NCBI GenBank assembly: GCA_041661545.1 | Contig: JBAZUH010000001.1 | Coordinates: forward strand, 339,877 to 403,876 | Reading direction: 5' to 3' | Source: Candidatus Staskawiczbacteria bacterium | GTDB lineage: Bacteria; Patescibacteriota; Minisyncoccia; Minisyncoccales; Staskawiczbacteraceae | DNA: 64,000 bases | Part shown: one piece after another, positions 26,646 through 36,367 of the stretch | How positions within the stretch are numbered: position 1 is the first letter of the stretch | How the letters are laid out: each line of letters begins with the position of its first letter | Notes under the pieces: generated by a model | Databases searched by the model: none | What the model was told of the DNA's origin: nothing | What the model saw: the letters and a program-made list of their open reading frames with translations, nothing else | Position numbers and translations under genes: made by a program

Positions 26646-27197
26646 TTAACTCTCAAACATATTTTTAATTTCTGCTAAGACAACGGGCAGTTCTTTGAAT
26701 CCGGAGTTTTCGTTAATATGCCCAGCGTTATTCAAAACAATCATCTTTGCGTTAAATCTCTCTGCCATTTTTTGTCCCTGCCACAATGGAACGTGCTCGT
26801 CGTTATCAGAATTTATTAATATAATGTGTTTAGTATTTTCTATAATTTTTTTATCGTTTAAATCTGTGGCAAAAAAATTATCCAATTCTGTAAAATGGAT
26901 TGGCTCAGCAAAACCAGAAACCAATACAACTCCGCCAATTTGAGTATCAAGCGTTTCTAAATATCTTAAAATCGCAATACAACCCAAGCTATGACCCACA
27001 AGATAAGTTTGAGGCGTTGCTTCTCCAACTATTTTTTGCAAATACGAAAGCCATTCGGCTAGTTGAGGGGCTTCGGTGTGGGGCATTGCTGGAACAATAA
27101 CTTCAACCCCTTGCTTTTCTAATTCCTTTTTCAACCAAGGAAACCAGTTTTTAGTTGGGTAGCCCGTATAACCATGAACAATAATAACCTTTTTCAT
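26646..27197 (-). CDS. Alpha/beta serine hydrolase (YdeN/RBBP9-like)
   Basis: VIIVHGYTGYPTKNWFPWL and the nucleophile elbow GHSLGC. Confidence 0.7.
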   Translation of the reverse strand: MKKVIIVHGYTGYPTKNWFPWLKKELEKQGVEVIVPAMPHTEAPQLAEWLSYLQKIVGEATPQTYLVGHSLGCIAILRYLETLDTQIGGVVLVSGFAEPIHFTELDNFFATDLNDKKIIENTKHIILINSDNDEHVPLWQGQKMAERFNAKMIVLNNAGHINENSGFKELPVVLAEIKNMFES

Positions 27198-27231
27198 ATT
27201 TAGAGATTCTTTAATAGCTCTTTACTCCCAA

Positions 27232-27306
27232 AGCTGCGGGACTTGGACTCGAACCAAGATAACATCCTTCAGAGGGACGTGTCCTACCATTAGACGATCC
27301 CGCAGC
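27232..27306 (-). tRNA. tRNA-Gln (anticodon CUG)
   Basis: Reverse strand: GCTGCGGGATCGTCTAATGGTAGGACACGTCCCTCTGAAGGATGTTATCTTGGTTCGAGTCCAAGTCCCGCAGCT. Folds as a cloverleaf with anticodon loop CTCTGAA. Confidence 0.8.
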
Positions 27307-27318
27307 TTTGAAAACAAA

Positions 27319-27561
27319 CTATTGATTTATAATTTTCCTAAACTCATTGCCTCCTTTTAATTTTTTCAAATAGTTTTCCCTTTTCCTAGCTTCTCCTCTT
27401 GTTAGAAAAATTTCATTTTTAATCATAATAAAAGGTCTTCTATTTTTTGTAGATATCACTTGCCCGGTATTATGTTTTTTTATTCTACTATTTAAATTAT
27501 CGGTTTGCCCAATGTAATACCTAGAATCTTTTAAACTTTTTAAAATATAAACAAAATACAT
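27319..27561 (-). CDS. GIY-YIG nuclease-domain protein (80 aa)
   Basis: YFVYILKSLKDSRYYIGQTDNLNSRIKKHN. Confidence 0.8.
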   Translation of the reverse strand: MYFVYILKSLKDSRYYIGQTDNLNSRIKKHNTGQVISTKNRRPFIMIKNEIFLTRGEARKRENYLKKLKGGNEFRKIINQ

Positions 27562-27564
27562 AAT

Positions 27565-27623
27565 GTGTCCTATCCCGCCACAGCGGGACCCCGCTTAGGC
27601 GGGGCCATTAGACGACCTCGCAA
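27565..27623 (-). pseudogene. Duplicated 5' fragment of tRNA-Gln with a 32-nt double-hairpin insert in the D-loop
   Basis: Reverse strand: TTGCGAGGTCGTCTAATGG[ccccgcctaagcggggtcccgctgtggcggga]TAGGACAC. The TCGTCTAATGG...TAGGACAC part is identical to the D-arm of the intact tRNA-Gln. Confidence 0.6.
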
Positions 27624-27634
27624 TACGGTTTGTG

Positions 27635-28564
27635 TTATACCTGTAAGTGTTTTTTGACAACCATTAGGCTAGAAATTACTCCCACTCCTACTCCAAACCC
27701 CAATTGTATTAATATAAATGCCCATAAATTAGTTAAGAAAAATCCAAACATATTAAACCCTGGCAAAATAATGGCCATTTTGCCTGACAATAAGCCAGCT
27801 GATATACCCGATATAAGTATGCAAACTCCAAAAGCAATTAATCCATAAATTACCCCTTGCACCATAAATGGCCCACGAATAAACCAGTCCGAGGCTCCTA
27901 CTATTCTCATTGTATTAATTTCTTCTCCAGAACTTTCTATAGCAAGTTTTATAGTATTGTAAACAACTAATATAGCAAGAAATAATAAAATTACCCCAAT
28001 TATAAGCCCAATCATATTAATATTAGAAGTAATAGAATAAACTTTTTCAATAATATCTTTCTTCTGAGAAAAATCAACGCTATCAACCATGTCGCTAAAA
28101 TTAGAAGTTTGTAAAAGGTTTGCAATTTGAGCATATTGTAGTGGGTCCCCGTTGGTTGTTATGTTTAAAGATGGCAAAAATGGATTTGTTCCTACTTCTT
28201 GCAATGCCTGAGATAAAGTTGAATCAGATTGATGGTTTGTGTTAAATATTTCCAGCGCCTGGTCTTTAGAAACATATTCTATTTTTTTTATATTAGGCGC
28301 TAATTTAAAAATTTCATCTTTTATATTTAAAATTTCTTGTTCGCCAACTCCCTCACTAAAATACGCTGTTATATCTATTCTATCCTGAATTTGTGTGGTT
28401 AAATATCCCATCATATTTTGAAAGAAAAAAAGTCCGGTTACCAACATAATAGTAATAACCAAAACAAAAATAGCAGCAATAGATATGCCTTTATTTCTAC
28501 TAAAGTCTTTTACTGCAAAATTAATTATTCTTTTTAAATTTGTTGAAATCATATTTGTTTTCAA
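27635..28564 (-). CDS. ftsX: Cell-division ABC transporter permease FtsX
   Basis: FtsX topology (N-terminal TM, periplasmic domain, three C-terminal TMs). Directly downstream of ftsE. Confidence 0.8.
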   Translation of the reverse strand: MKTNMISTNLKRIINFAVKDFSRNKGISIAAIFVLVITIMLVTGLFFFQNMMGYLTTQIQDRIDITAYFSEGVGEQEILNIKDEIFKLAPNIKKIEYVSKDQALEIFNTNHQSDSTLSQALQEVGTNPFLPSLNITTNGDPLQYAQIANLLQTSNFSDMVDSVDFSQKKDIIEKVYSITSNINMIGLIIGVILLFLAILVVYNTIKLAIESSGEEINTMRIVGASDWFIRGPFMVQGVIYGLIAFGVCILISGISAGLLSGKMAIILPGFNMFGFFLTNLWAFILIQLGFGVGVGVISSLMVVKKHLQV

Positions 28565-28574
28565 AGTTGTTTAA

Positions 28575-29255
28575 TTAAATAATAAATTTACCTTCTGGCT
28601 CATCTCTTAATATTTTGCCTTTTTCCAAGGTAATAACTCTTTTGCCTAATTTATTTATTACCTCTCGGTCGTGAGTTGCCAAAATAATTGTTTTACCAGT
28701 TTCATTTATTTTTCTTAAAATAGAAATTACTTCGTATGTATTATAAGGATCTAAATTTCCGGTTGGCTCATCGGCAATAATAATATCTGGATGGTTTACA
28801 AGGGCCCTAGCAATTGCTAGGCGTTGTTTTTCTCCACCAGAAAGTTCGTGGGGAAAGCTATCATTTTTATTTTCTAAACCTATAACTTCTAATACTTTAG
28901 GAACTTCTTTTTCTATTTCTTCATTATTTTTTCCCTCCACTTGCATTATATAAGCTACATTTTCATAAACAGTTTTTTTGGGTAATAATTTATAATCTTG
29001 ATGCACCACTCCTGTTCTTCTTCTTATTTCCTGCAATTTATCATTATTTGCTTCGTTTAAATTTATGCCCTCAAAATAAACTTCTCCAGAAGTCGGCTTT
29101 TCTAGGCCTAAAATTAAATACAGCAAAGTTGTTTTCCCCGCCCCAGATTTTCCCACAATAGAAACAAATTCTCCTTGTTGTATTTCAAAAGAGATGTCTT
29201 CAAGAACAGCAATATCGTCTGTATAAACTTTTTCTACTTTATTAAATTTAATCAT
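28575..29255 (-). CDS. ftsE: Cell-division ABC transporter ATPase FtsE
   Basis: Walker A GKSGAGKTT, signature LSGGEKQR, and Walker B IIIADEPT. Confidence 0.85.
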   Translation of the reverse strand: MIKFNKVEKVYTDDIAVLEDISFEIQQGEFVSIVGKSGAGKTTLLYLILGLEKPTSGEVYFEGINLNEANNDKLQEIRRRTGVVHQDYKLLPKKTVYENVAYIMQVEGKNNEEIEKEVPKVLEVIGLENKNDSFPHELSGGEKQRLAIARALVNHPDIIIADEPTGNLDPYNTYEVISILRKINETGKTIILATHDREVINKLGKRVITLEKGKILRDEPEGKFII

Positions 29256-30322
29256 TTTTAAGTTTTATTTCTTCTTCAATAAATTTTTCTAAATCGCCAT
29301 CAAGAACTCCGTCTGCATCTGATGTTTCGTAAAGAGTTCTTAAGTCTTTTACCATTTTATATGGATGTAAAACATAAGACCTTATTTGACTTCCAAAGCG
29401 CACCGAAACATTCTCACCTTTTATTTCTTTTATTTTTTCTACGTGCTGATCTTCTCTTAATTGATACAATTTAGCAATCAAAATTTTCATTGCCTTGTCT
29501 TTGTTCTTTCCTTGCAATCTTTCGGTTTGCGAAGCTACAACTATTCCTGTGGGTATGTGAGTTATTCTTACAGCTGATTCTGTTTTATTAACATATTGTC
29601 CTCCAGGACCAGAAGCCTTAAATGTATCAATTTTTAAGTCATCGGGTTTAATTTCTAATTCAATCTCCTTATCTTTAATTTCTGGCAATATATTTACTAA
29701 TGCAAAAGAAGTATGCCTAAGTTTTTGCGAGTTAAACGGCGAAAGTCTAACTAATCTATGCACCCCAGCTTCTTTTTTTAAAAACCCATAAGCATAATTC
29801 CCTTTTATTTCTATTGTAACAGATTTTGTGCCAATTCTCCCCTCGGGCCCACCACCTTCTCCAAAGGCTTGGTGCAAAACTTCTGCTTTCCAACCTTTGC
29901 CCTCGCAATATCTTTGATACATTCGCAAAAGCATTGTTGACCAATCTTGTGAATCTTGCCCACCAGCCCCAGAAAATATTTCTAATATTACATTATTCTT
30001 ATCATACTTTCCCGAAAGATATGTTTTAAATTCTTGCTTTTCTATTTTTATTTCAATTTCTTTTAAAGCTTCCTGATTTTCTAAAATTTTATAATCGTCT
30101 ATATCTTTTTTTATTTCTTCTAATGCCAATATTTCATTTTTTATTTCCGAAATTTCTTGTTGAACTTCGGTTGCATATTCATTATTATTCCAAAAATTAG
30201 GCTCTAAACATTGCGTTTCTAATTCTTTTAATTTATTTTCTTTTCCAGTTATGTCAAAGACGGTCTCCCAAATTTTGGAGGCGAATCTCAAGCTCTTCAA
30301 TTTGTGGAGTTATATCTACCAT
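29248..30322 (-). CDS. prfB: Peptide chain release factor 2, with programmed +1 frameshift
   Basis: Frame 0 reads MVDITPQIEELEIRLQNLGDRL and ends at CTT TGA C (30259-30253), with a GGGAG SD-like element upstream. The +1 frame continues DITGKENKLKEL. The GGQ motif is SGPGGQYVNK. Confidence 0.85.
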
Positions 30323-30439
30323 AAGTTTACGTAGCGTAGCGATATGTTTTTATAATTTTATCATATTTTAAAAAAAGAAAACAGCCTCAAAGTTTCAGGT
30401 TACCATATGGTAACCTGACAAAATACGACCGTAGTTTTT

Positions 30440-32149
30440 TTAAGCTACTTCTTGTTGGTAGCATTGTTCGCAATAAACAATTTCCGGCCTGGCTGGGTCA
30501 TAAGAAGTCTCAAATTCATTAGTACAGCCGGGTTTCATACAGCTTCTATGCCATAATTTATTTGGATTGATGCGCGCGATGCGTTCTGTATGTCGACAAT
30601 CTGAACAAAGATGCGAAACTGGAAATTTAAAACGACGTAAAAGCGCGAGTTCGGCCGATGTTATTTTAAAAGCCTTCCCACATAAACTACACCCCATAAT
30701 TTCTTTTACTATTGAATCTTCTACGTCTTTAATATCGTCGGGAACCTTATCAGCCGACAATGTTATATTGTGGTTGCTTGTTACCTGGTCACACCATTTC
30801 CAACCATTTTTTAAAACTGCTTCCTTGGAAAGTGGGAAATATTGAATTGCCTGAGATTCATTATACGCAAAAGGGCTTAAGTCGTACGGCAAAAATTCTC
30901 CATAATGCCAAGTCCTGCCAACAGAATCAATATAAGGATTTTTATCCATGTCTTCTATAATACGGGCACGCAAAGCCACATATTCTTCCGCCGAATATTG
31001 TTTATTTAAAATTCTATATCGCTTCTTCTTTTGGTTCATGCAACCAAAAGAGTACTGACATGAAACATTGTACATTCCGTATTCTATCTCCATAGTTCCT
31101 TGATGCCATGCACCACAAGTAAATTTAACAATGTCGGCACCTTCGCCAACAGTGATACAATCAACAATTCGCTGTGCACCATTTCCCCATTCGCTAAGAT
31201 CGTAAATATCTTTAGCCGGTGGCATAGTAATAAATTGACAATATCGAGCGTCTTCCAATTCTCGAGCTTGATAACAATTCAGTGCATTTTTTGCGCGGAA
31301 AACATATTCTCCGGAAACGTTAACGCATTGCGCGTCTTTATGCATATATTTGTTAGGATATCCCAACCAAAATTCATCAACAATTTTTCTTATCTTTGAT
31401 AATTCGTTATAGCTATTAAGTTTATATTCTTTAATTTTTTCTAAATATTCTTCTTTGGTGTATGGTTTATTAAAAATATGATATTTTTTATTTCTTAAAT
31501 TAATACAACCAAAACAATTATCACAACCAATACAGTTTTTTAGAAAATAAGATTCACTGCACTTTGAACAACTCTCAGAAAAAAATAACCTATAACCTGT
31601 GCTGTCAATATCTTGGTACATAAGCTCTGATTCACCAACCATATGGCAATCCATTGAATCCTTAACATGCACCACTATAGTTGAATATAAAACATTTTCA
31701 CAAAAATCAGCATTAAATATCAGATAACAATTCTTAAGACCTCCAGCATGATTAACATAATCGCTATTTATTAATGTTGCATATTCATTTATTAGAGACA
31801 TATGTGGAGTTTTCTTTTGTAATTCAATCATCTGCTCAAAAAAAGAACGGGAAGAATCATATTCTAAAGAATATTCGCCGTCATCCCATTTGTCTGACCA
31901 CCAACATGCAGAACAATAAACCACTAGTTTTGAATCTGGAGAAAAAATTGTCACCATATCTTTGCTGCATAAATCACACTTTCTTTTATAAAGCGTTCTT
32001 TCATTTCGAAACATTATACGTCGTTGAAATCTACAACTTGGGCAAAATGTTGGAGCTGGAACTTTCATTTTTTCATAAAATGCAAAATCATCGGACTCTA
32101 TTATAAAGTCTTGCTTACAATTTTGACAAACTTTTGTTTCTGAATCCAT
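30440..32149 (-). CDS. Cysteine-rich multi-zinc-ribbon protein of unknown function
   Basis: Likely start is MDSETKVCQNCKQDF (ATG at 32149). The track's longer N-terminus runs through tRNA-Thr. CxxC modules occur at both ends (VPAPTFCPSCRFQRR..., FPVSHLCSDCRHTER...). Confidence 0.6.
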   Translation of the reverse strand: MDSETKVCQNCKQDFIIESDDFAFYEKMKVPAPTFCPSCRFQRRIMFRNERTLYKRKCDLCSKDMVTIFSPDSKLVVYCSACWWSDKWDDGEYSLEYDSSRSFFEQMIELQKKTPHMSLINEYATLINSDYVNHAGGLKNCYLIFNADFCENVLYSTIVVHVKDSMDCHMVGESELMYQDIDSTGYRLFFSESCSKCSESYFLKNCIGCDNCFGCINLRNKKYHIFNKPYTKEEYLEKIKEYKLNSYNELSKIRKIVDEFWLGYPNKYMHKDAQCVNVSGEYVFRAKNALNCYQARELEDARYCQFITMPPAKDIYDLSEWGNGAQRIVDCITVGEGADIVKFTCGAWHQGTMEIEYGMYNVSCQYSFGCMNQKKKRYRILNKQYSAEEYVALRARIIEDMDKNPYIDSVGRTWHYGEFLPYDLSPFAYNESQAIQYFPLSKEAVLKNGWKWCDQVTSNHNITLSADKVPDDIKDVEDSIVKEIMGCSLCGKAFKITSAELALLRRFKFPVSHLCSDCRHTERIARINPNKLWHRSCMKPGCTNEFETSYDPARPEIVYCEQCYQQEVA

Positions 32150-32204
32150 GTTTTTATATTTGATGAGTGTTTTGCCACGTGGCAAAACACTCATCTCTAT
32201 TTTT

Positions 32205-32280
32205 TGGAGCCACCTCGCAGAATCGAACTGCGGACCCACACTTTACGAAAGTGTTGCTCTACCAACTGAGCTAAGGTGGC
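32205..32280 (-). tRNA. tRNA-Thr (anticodon CGU), CCA encoded
   Basis: Reverse strand: GCCACCTTAGCTCAGTTGGTAGAGCAACACTTTCGTAAAGTGTGGGTCCGCAGTTCGATTCTGCGAGGTGGCTCCA. Confidence 0.85.
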
Positions 32281-32292
32281 AATTTTATTTTT

Positions 32293-32366
32293 TGGAGCGG
32301 ATAACGGGAATCGAACCCGTGTCTCAACCTTGGGAAGGTTGCGTTCTACCATTGAACCATACCCGC
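32293..32366 (-). tRNA. tRNA-Gly (anticodon CCC), CCA encoded
   Basis: Reverse strand: GCGGGTATGGTTCAATGGTAGAACGCAACCTTCCCAAGGTTGAGACACGGGTTCGATTCCCGTTATCCGCTCCA. Confidence 0.85.
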
Positions 32367-32374
32367 ATTAATAT

Positions 32375-32794
32375 TTAATCTTTGCTTTCAAACCAGCTAA
32401 AAATACCCGTTAACCAACCAAACCAAGAACTTATGCCCCCCAAATTATCTTTTTTTAAATTAACTTCCGCTAATTTAGGAGAATTTACAAACATATATTC
32501 TGTTTCTCCTGGTCTAGTTTGTCCAAATTGCTCATATCCTAATTTTTCTAAATAATCAACACTATTAGAATTAACAATTTCATTTCTTAAGTTTTCACTA
32601 CTATTTTTTATATCTTCAATTTGTTTTTTATAAATACTAATTTCTGCATCTAAATTTCTCTTTTTTTGATATATTCTAATATCTTGAAAAATCATGAATA
32701 AAATAAACAATATAAATAAAACCCCAGCAACTTTAAATAAAAGCTGATTATTGATAAATTTACCCTTTTCTTTTTTATTAAAATCGGCTACCAT
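32375..32794 (-). CDS. FtsB/DivIC-like septum formation initiator (TM plus coiled coil)
   Basis: N-terminal TM followed by heptad-rich segment (IRIYQKKRNLDAEISIYKKQIEDIKN). Confidence 0.5.
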   Translation of the reverse strand: MVADFNKKEKGKFINNQLLFKVAGVLFILFILFMIFQDIRIYQKKRNLDAEISIYKKQIEDIKNSSENLRNEIVNSNSVDYLEKLGYEQFGQTRPGETEYMFVNSPKLAEVNLKKDNLGGISSWFGWLTGIFSWFESKD

Positions 32795-32826
32795 TTAATA
32801 AAGCTATACTATTTAATTTTAAAAAT

Positions 32827-32925
32827 ATGAAGAAAAAAACTTTGTTTAGAGTTACTTGGATAATACTAATAAGTCTTGTTGCCCTTAGCATGATTCTTTT
32901 TTCAGTTGCATCTATTATTTTCTAA
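32827..32925 (+). CDS. Possible 32-aa single-TM micropeptide
   Basis: MKKKTLFRVTWIILISLVALSMILFSVASIIF, followed by the terminator aaaaagactgcttttaaaagcagtctttttt. Confidence 0.35.
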   Translation: MKKKTLFRVTWIILISLVALSMILFSVASIIF

Positions 32926-32997
32926 ATCAATTAAATATTATCATAAAAAGACTGCTTTTAAAAGCAGTCTTTTTTATTTTTAATATCGAATAGATAA

Positions 32998-33540
32998 TTA
33001 GCCCATTCCTATGCTTTTAACAGCTTTTTCATAAGTAGATAAAACTTTCTTGGCTTCTTCGGCTGATAATTTATAGTCTGGGTTATATACTATAAAATTT
33101 CTAACTTCGTGAGCGTGCAACACATCTGGTAAAATTGGGTCTATTAATCTTCCTGCTTTTTGTATAATTTCATCAAAATTAACACCTTCATAGCCCCTAT
33201 TATCTAAAACTTCAGCTAAAAAATCGTCGGCATCAATTATAGATAATTTATAATCTGATTCAGCCCCAGATTCTATTCTTCTTTTAATTCTATTCCATTG
33301 TTTTTCCATTTCTCTTTGACCATATGCTTGCCAGGAAAAAAACTCTGTCATGTCTTCTAAAAATTTATATTGAAGCCATGAAGAGTTAATCATAAAGTAA
33401 ATTACTAAAATTAAAAATAAAAATGCGAATAAAACAAAAACCATTTTCACAGGAAAAAGCGTATCTTGCAATTGCGAAGACGAAATAAAATAAATAAAAT
33501 CTGTAATTCCTAGTGTGTTATAAAAATCTTCCCATGTCAT
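32998..33540 (-). CDS. Membrane-anchored hypothetical protein
   Basis: 180 aa with one TM. TTTACA-N17-TATAAT lies only 8 nt upstream of the ATG, so the mRNA may be leaderless. Confidence 0.6.
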   Translation of the reverse strand: MTWEDFYNTLGITDFIYFISSSQLQDTLFPVKMVFVLFAFLFLILVIYFMINSSWLQYKFLEDMTEFFSWQAYGQREMEKQWNRIKRRIESGAESDYKLSIIDADDFLAEVLDNRGYEGVNFDEIIQKAGRLIDPILPDVLHAHEVRNFIVYNPDYKLSAEEAKKVLSTYEKAVKSIGMG

Positions 33541-33694
33541 ATTTATTTATTATAATTGTACGTTAATAAAATGTAAAGCCACTCCACCCCGCACCATTTT
33601 CATCCGTGTAATAAATAATACAAAATTATATCTGCGAAGCGCCTACGGCTGTCATTGTGGTAATAAAAAATCACCAGTAAAAATGGTGAAGGGG

Positions 33695-33729
33695 TTTCGC
33701 GACGGCAAAGTAAATTTATTCCGTCGCTC
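33695..33729 (-). promoter_or_regulatory. GAGCG-hairpin-CGAAAC motif, copy 1 (3' boundary of island A)
   Basis: Minus strand: ttttttttGAGCGACGG-aataaatttactttg-CCGTCGCGAAAC. The stem sequence differs from copies 2 and 3 by compensatory changes. Confidence 0.55.
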
Positions 33730-33780
33730 AAAAAAAAGAAGCGGCCGGTGTGGTCGCTATGCAAAACATGAGAAAGGAGT

Positions 33781-34041
33781 TTAGGCCGGAATCGCCCTAA
33801 TTTCAGCAGCAAATTGTTCGCGAATTTTCGCCACGGCTTCATCAACCGACTCCTCTACGACGCCTGGGAGCGTATATCCTTCACAATCAATCCAATACTC
33901 CCTCCACCAAGAGGCGTGAATCTGTTCGACAAGAGAATTTCGCAATCCAATCGGATTTGACTTCAGTTCTATAAAGAAAACCCGCTTGTGCCTAGCAGAT
34001 AATCTCCTGAATCTCTTCAACAACCATTCTGAAAGCATCAT
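33781..34041 (-). CDS. Island A orphan protein A2 (86 aa), paralog of A1
   Basis: KRVFFIELKSNPIGLRNSL aligns with RRVFLESLSNPSELRNVI of A1. G+C is visibly above the flanks. Confidence 0.55.
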   Translation of the reverse strand: MMLSEWLLKRFRRLSARHKRVFFIELKSNPIGLRNSLVEQIHASWWREYWIDCEGYTLPGVVEESVDEAVAKIREQFAAEIRAIPA

Positions 34042-34071
34042 GGCTCATTTTCTCCTTTCATTATTCGGTTA

Positions 34072-34395
34072 TCACACTTTTTTGCCACGGGGCGTCCTAG
34101 CAGCCGCTTTTATAGAGTCTACAATATCAGTATCCGCCATTTCTTTGGCAAATCGTTTTTTAAGGGCCGAGATCATTTCGGTTGCATCTTCATGGTGATC
34201 GACCTCTCTAATACGCAGACCCGTCTCTTTTGGAAATACTCGTGCCCAAATGCTTAAAGACCCTGTAATTACATTCCTAAGCTCGCTGGGATTAGACAAA
34301 GACTCCAAAAATACACGTCGCGACTCACCTTGTAATCCTTCATATTTATTCACTATCCACACTACGAATCTCGGTTCCAGTGGTTCCCTTTTCAT
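34072..34395 (-). CDS. Island A orphan protein A1 (107 aa)
   Basis: Candidate TTTACA-N17-TAAATT promoter upstream on the minus strand, after the atpC terminator. Paralogous to A2. Confidence 0.55.
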   Translation of the reverse strand: MKREPLEPRFVVWIVNKYEGLQGESRRVFLESLSNPSELRNVITGSLSIWARVFPKETGLRIREVDHHEDATEMISALKKRFAKEMADTDIVDSIKAAARTPRGKKV

Positions 34396-34499
34396 GATTT
34401 TTTATTCTATGTTGACAAGTTGCTGTGTAAATATAATTTACAGCTTTTTTATCTTTTTGTAAAGCAAAAACCGCCTTTGGGCGGTTTTAAAATTTGATT

Positions 34500-34742
34500 C
34501 TATTCTTCAATTATAACCCTGACTTCGTTATCTGGTTTTATTTCCAAAAATCCGGAAGTTATTGGGAAAAACTGCTCCTGTTTATCTTTATCAATAATTT
34601 TAATAATTCCAGCAGACAACACGCTAATTAACGGCTCGTGTTTATCTAATACAGTTATTTCACCCATTATTGTTTGACAATTAAAACTAGAGGCCTCGCC
34701 CTGAAATAAGACATTTTTTAATGAGTAAATTGATAATTTCAT
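34500..34742 (-). CDS. atpC: F1 ATP synthase epsilon subunit (short, N-terminal beta-sandwich only)
   Basis: Position after atpD, plus GEITVLDKHEPLISVL and GFLEI. Confidence 0.8.
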   Translation of the reverse strand: MKLSIYSLKNVLFQGEASSFNCQTIMGEITVLDKHEPLISVLSAGIIKIIDKDKQEQFFPITSGFLEIKPDNEVRVIIEE

Positions 34743-34748
34743 AGTTTA

Positions 34749-36214
<1,466 letters not shown>

Positions 36215-36238
36215 TTATTTTTGATTTTTAAAATTATA

Positions 36239-36367
36239 AGCGAGGCAGTGAATTCGTAGCGTACCCTGCAGGCAATTTTGCTTGGTCCCGCGAAGCGGGA
36301 AAATTGCCGAAGCCTGAGTGAGCCCGCGCTGGCGGGCGAACGCTAGCGAAGAATCACTGGCGAGCGA
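36239..36367. repeat. G+C-rich structured intergenic repeat, copy E2 (between atpG and atpD)
   Basis: Near-identical core to E1. Differences are paired: ggcaAtgaattc/gaatcaTtgcc in E1 versus ggcaGtgaattc/gaatcaCtggc in E2, and ttgcgcgctggcgcaa versus cccgcgctggcggg. Confidence 0.8.

Noticed and set aside
32150-32239. N-terminal 30 residues of track ORF 30440..32239 (MGPQFDSARWLQKIEMSVLPRGKTLIKYKN).
   Set aside because: This extension reads through tRNA-Thr and the 29-nt palindrome. MDSETKVCQNC at 32149 is the sensible start.
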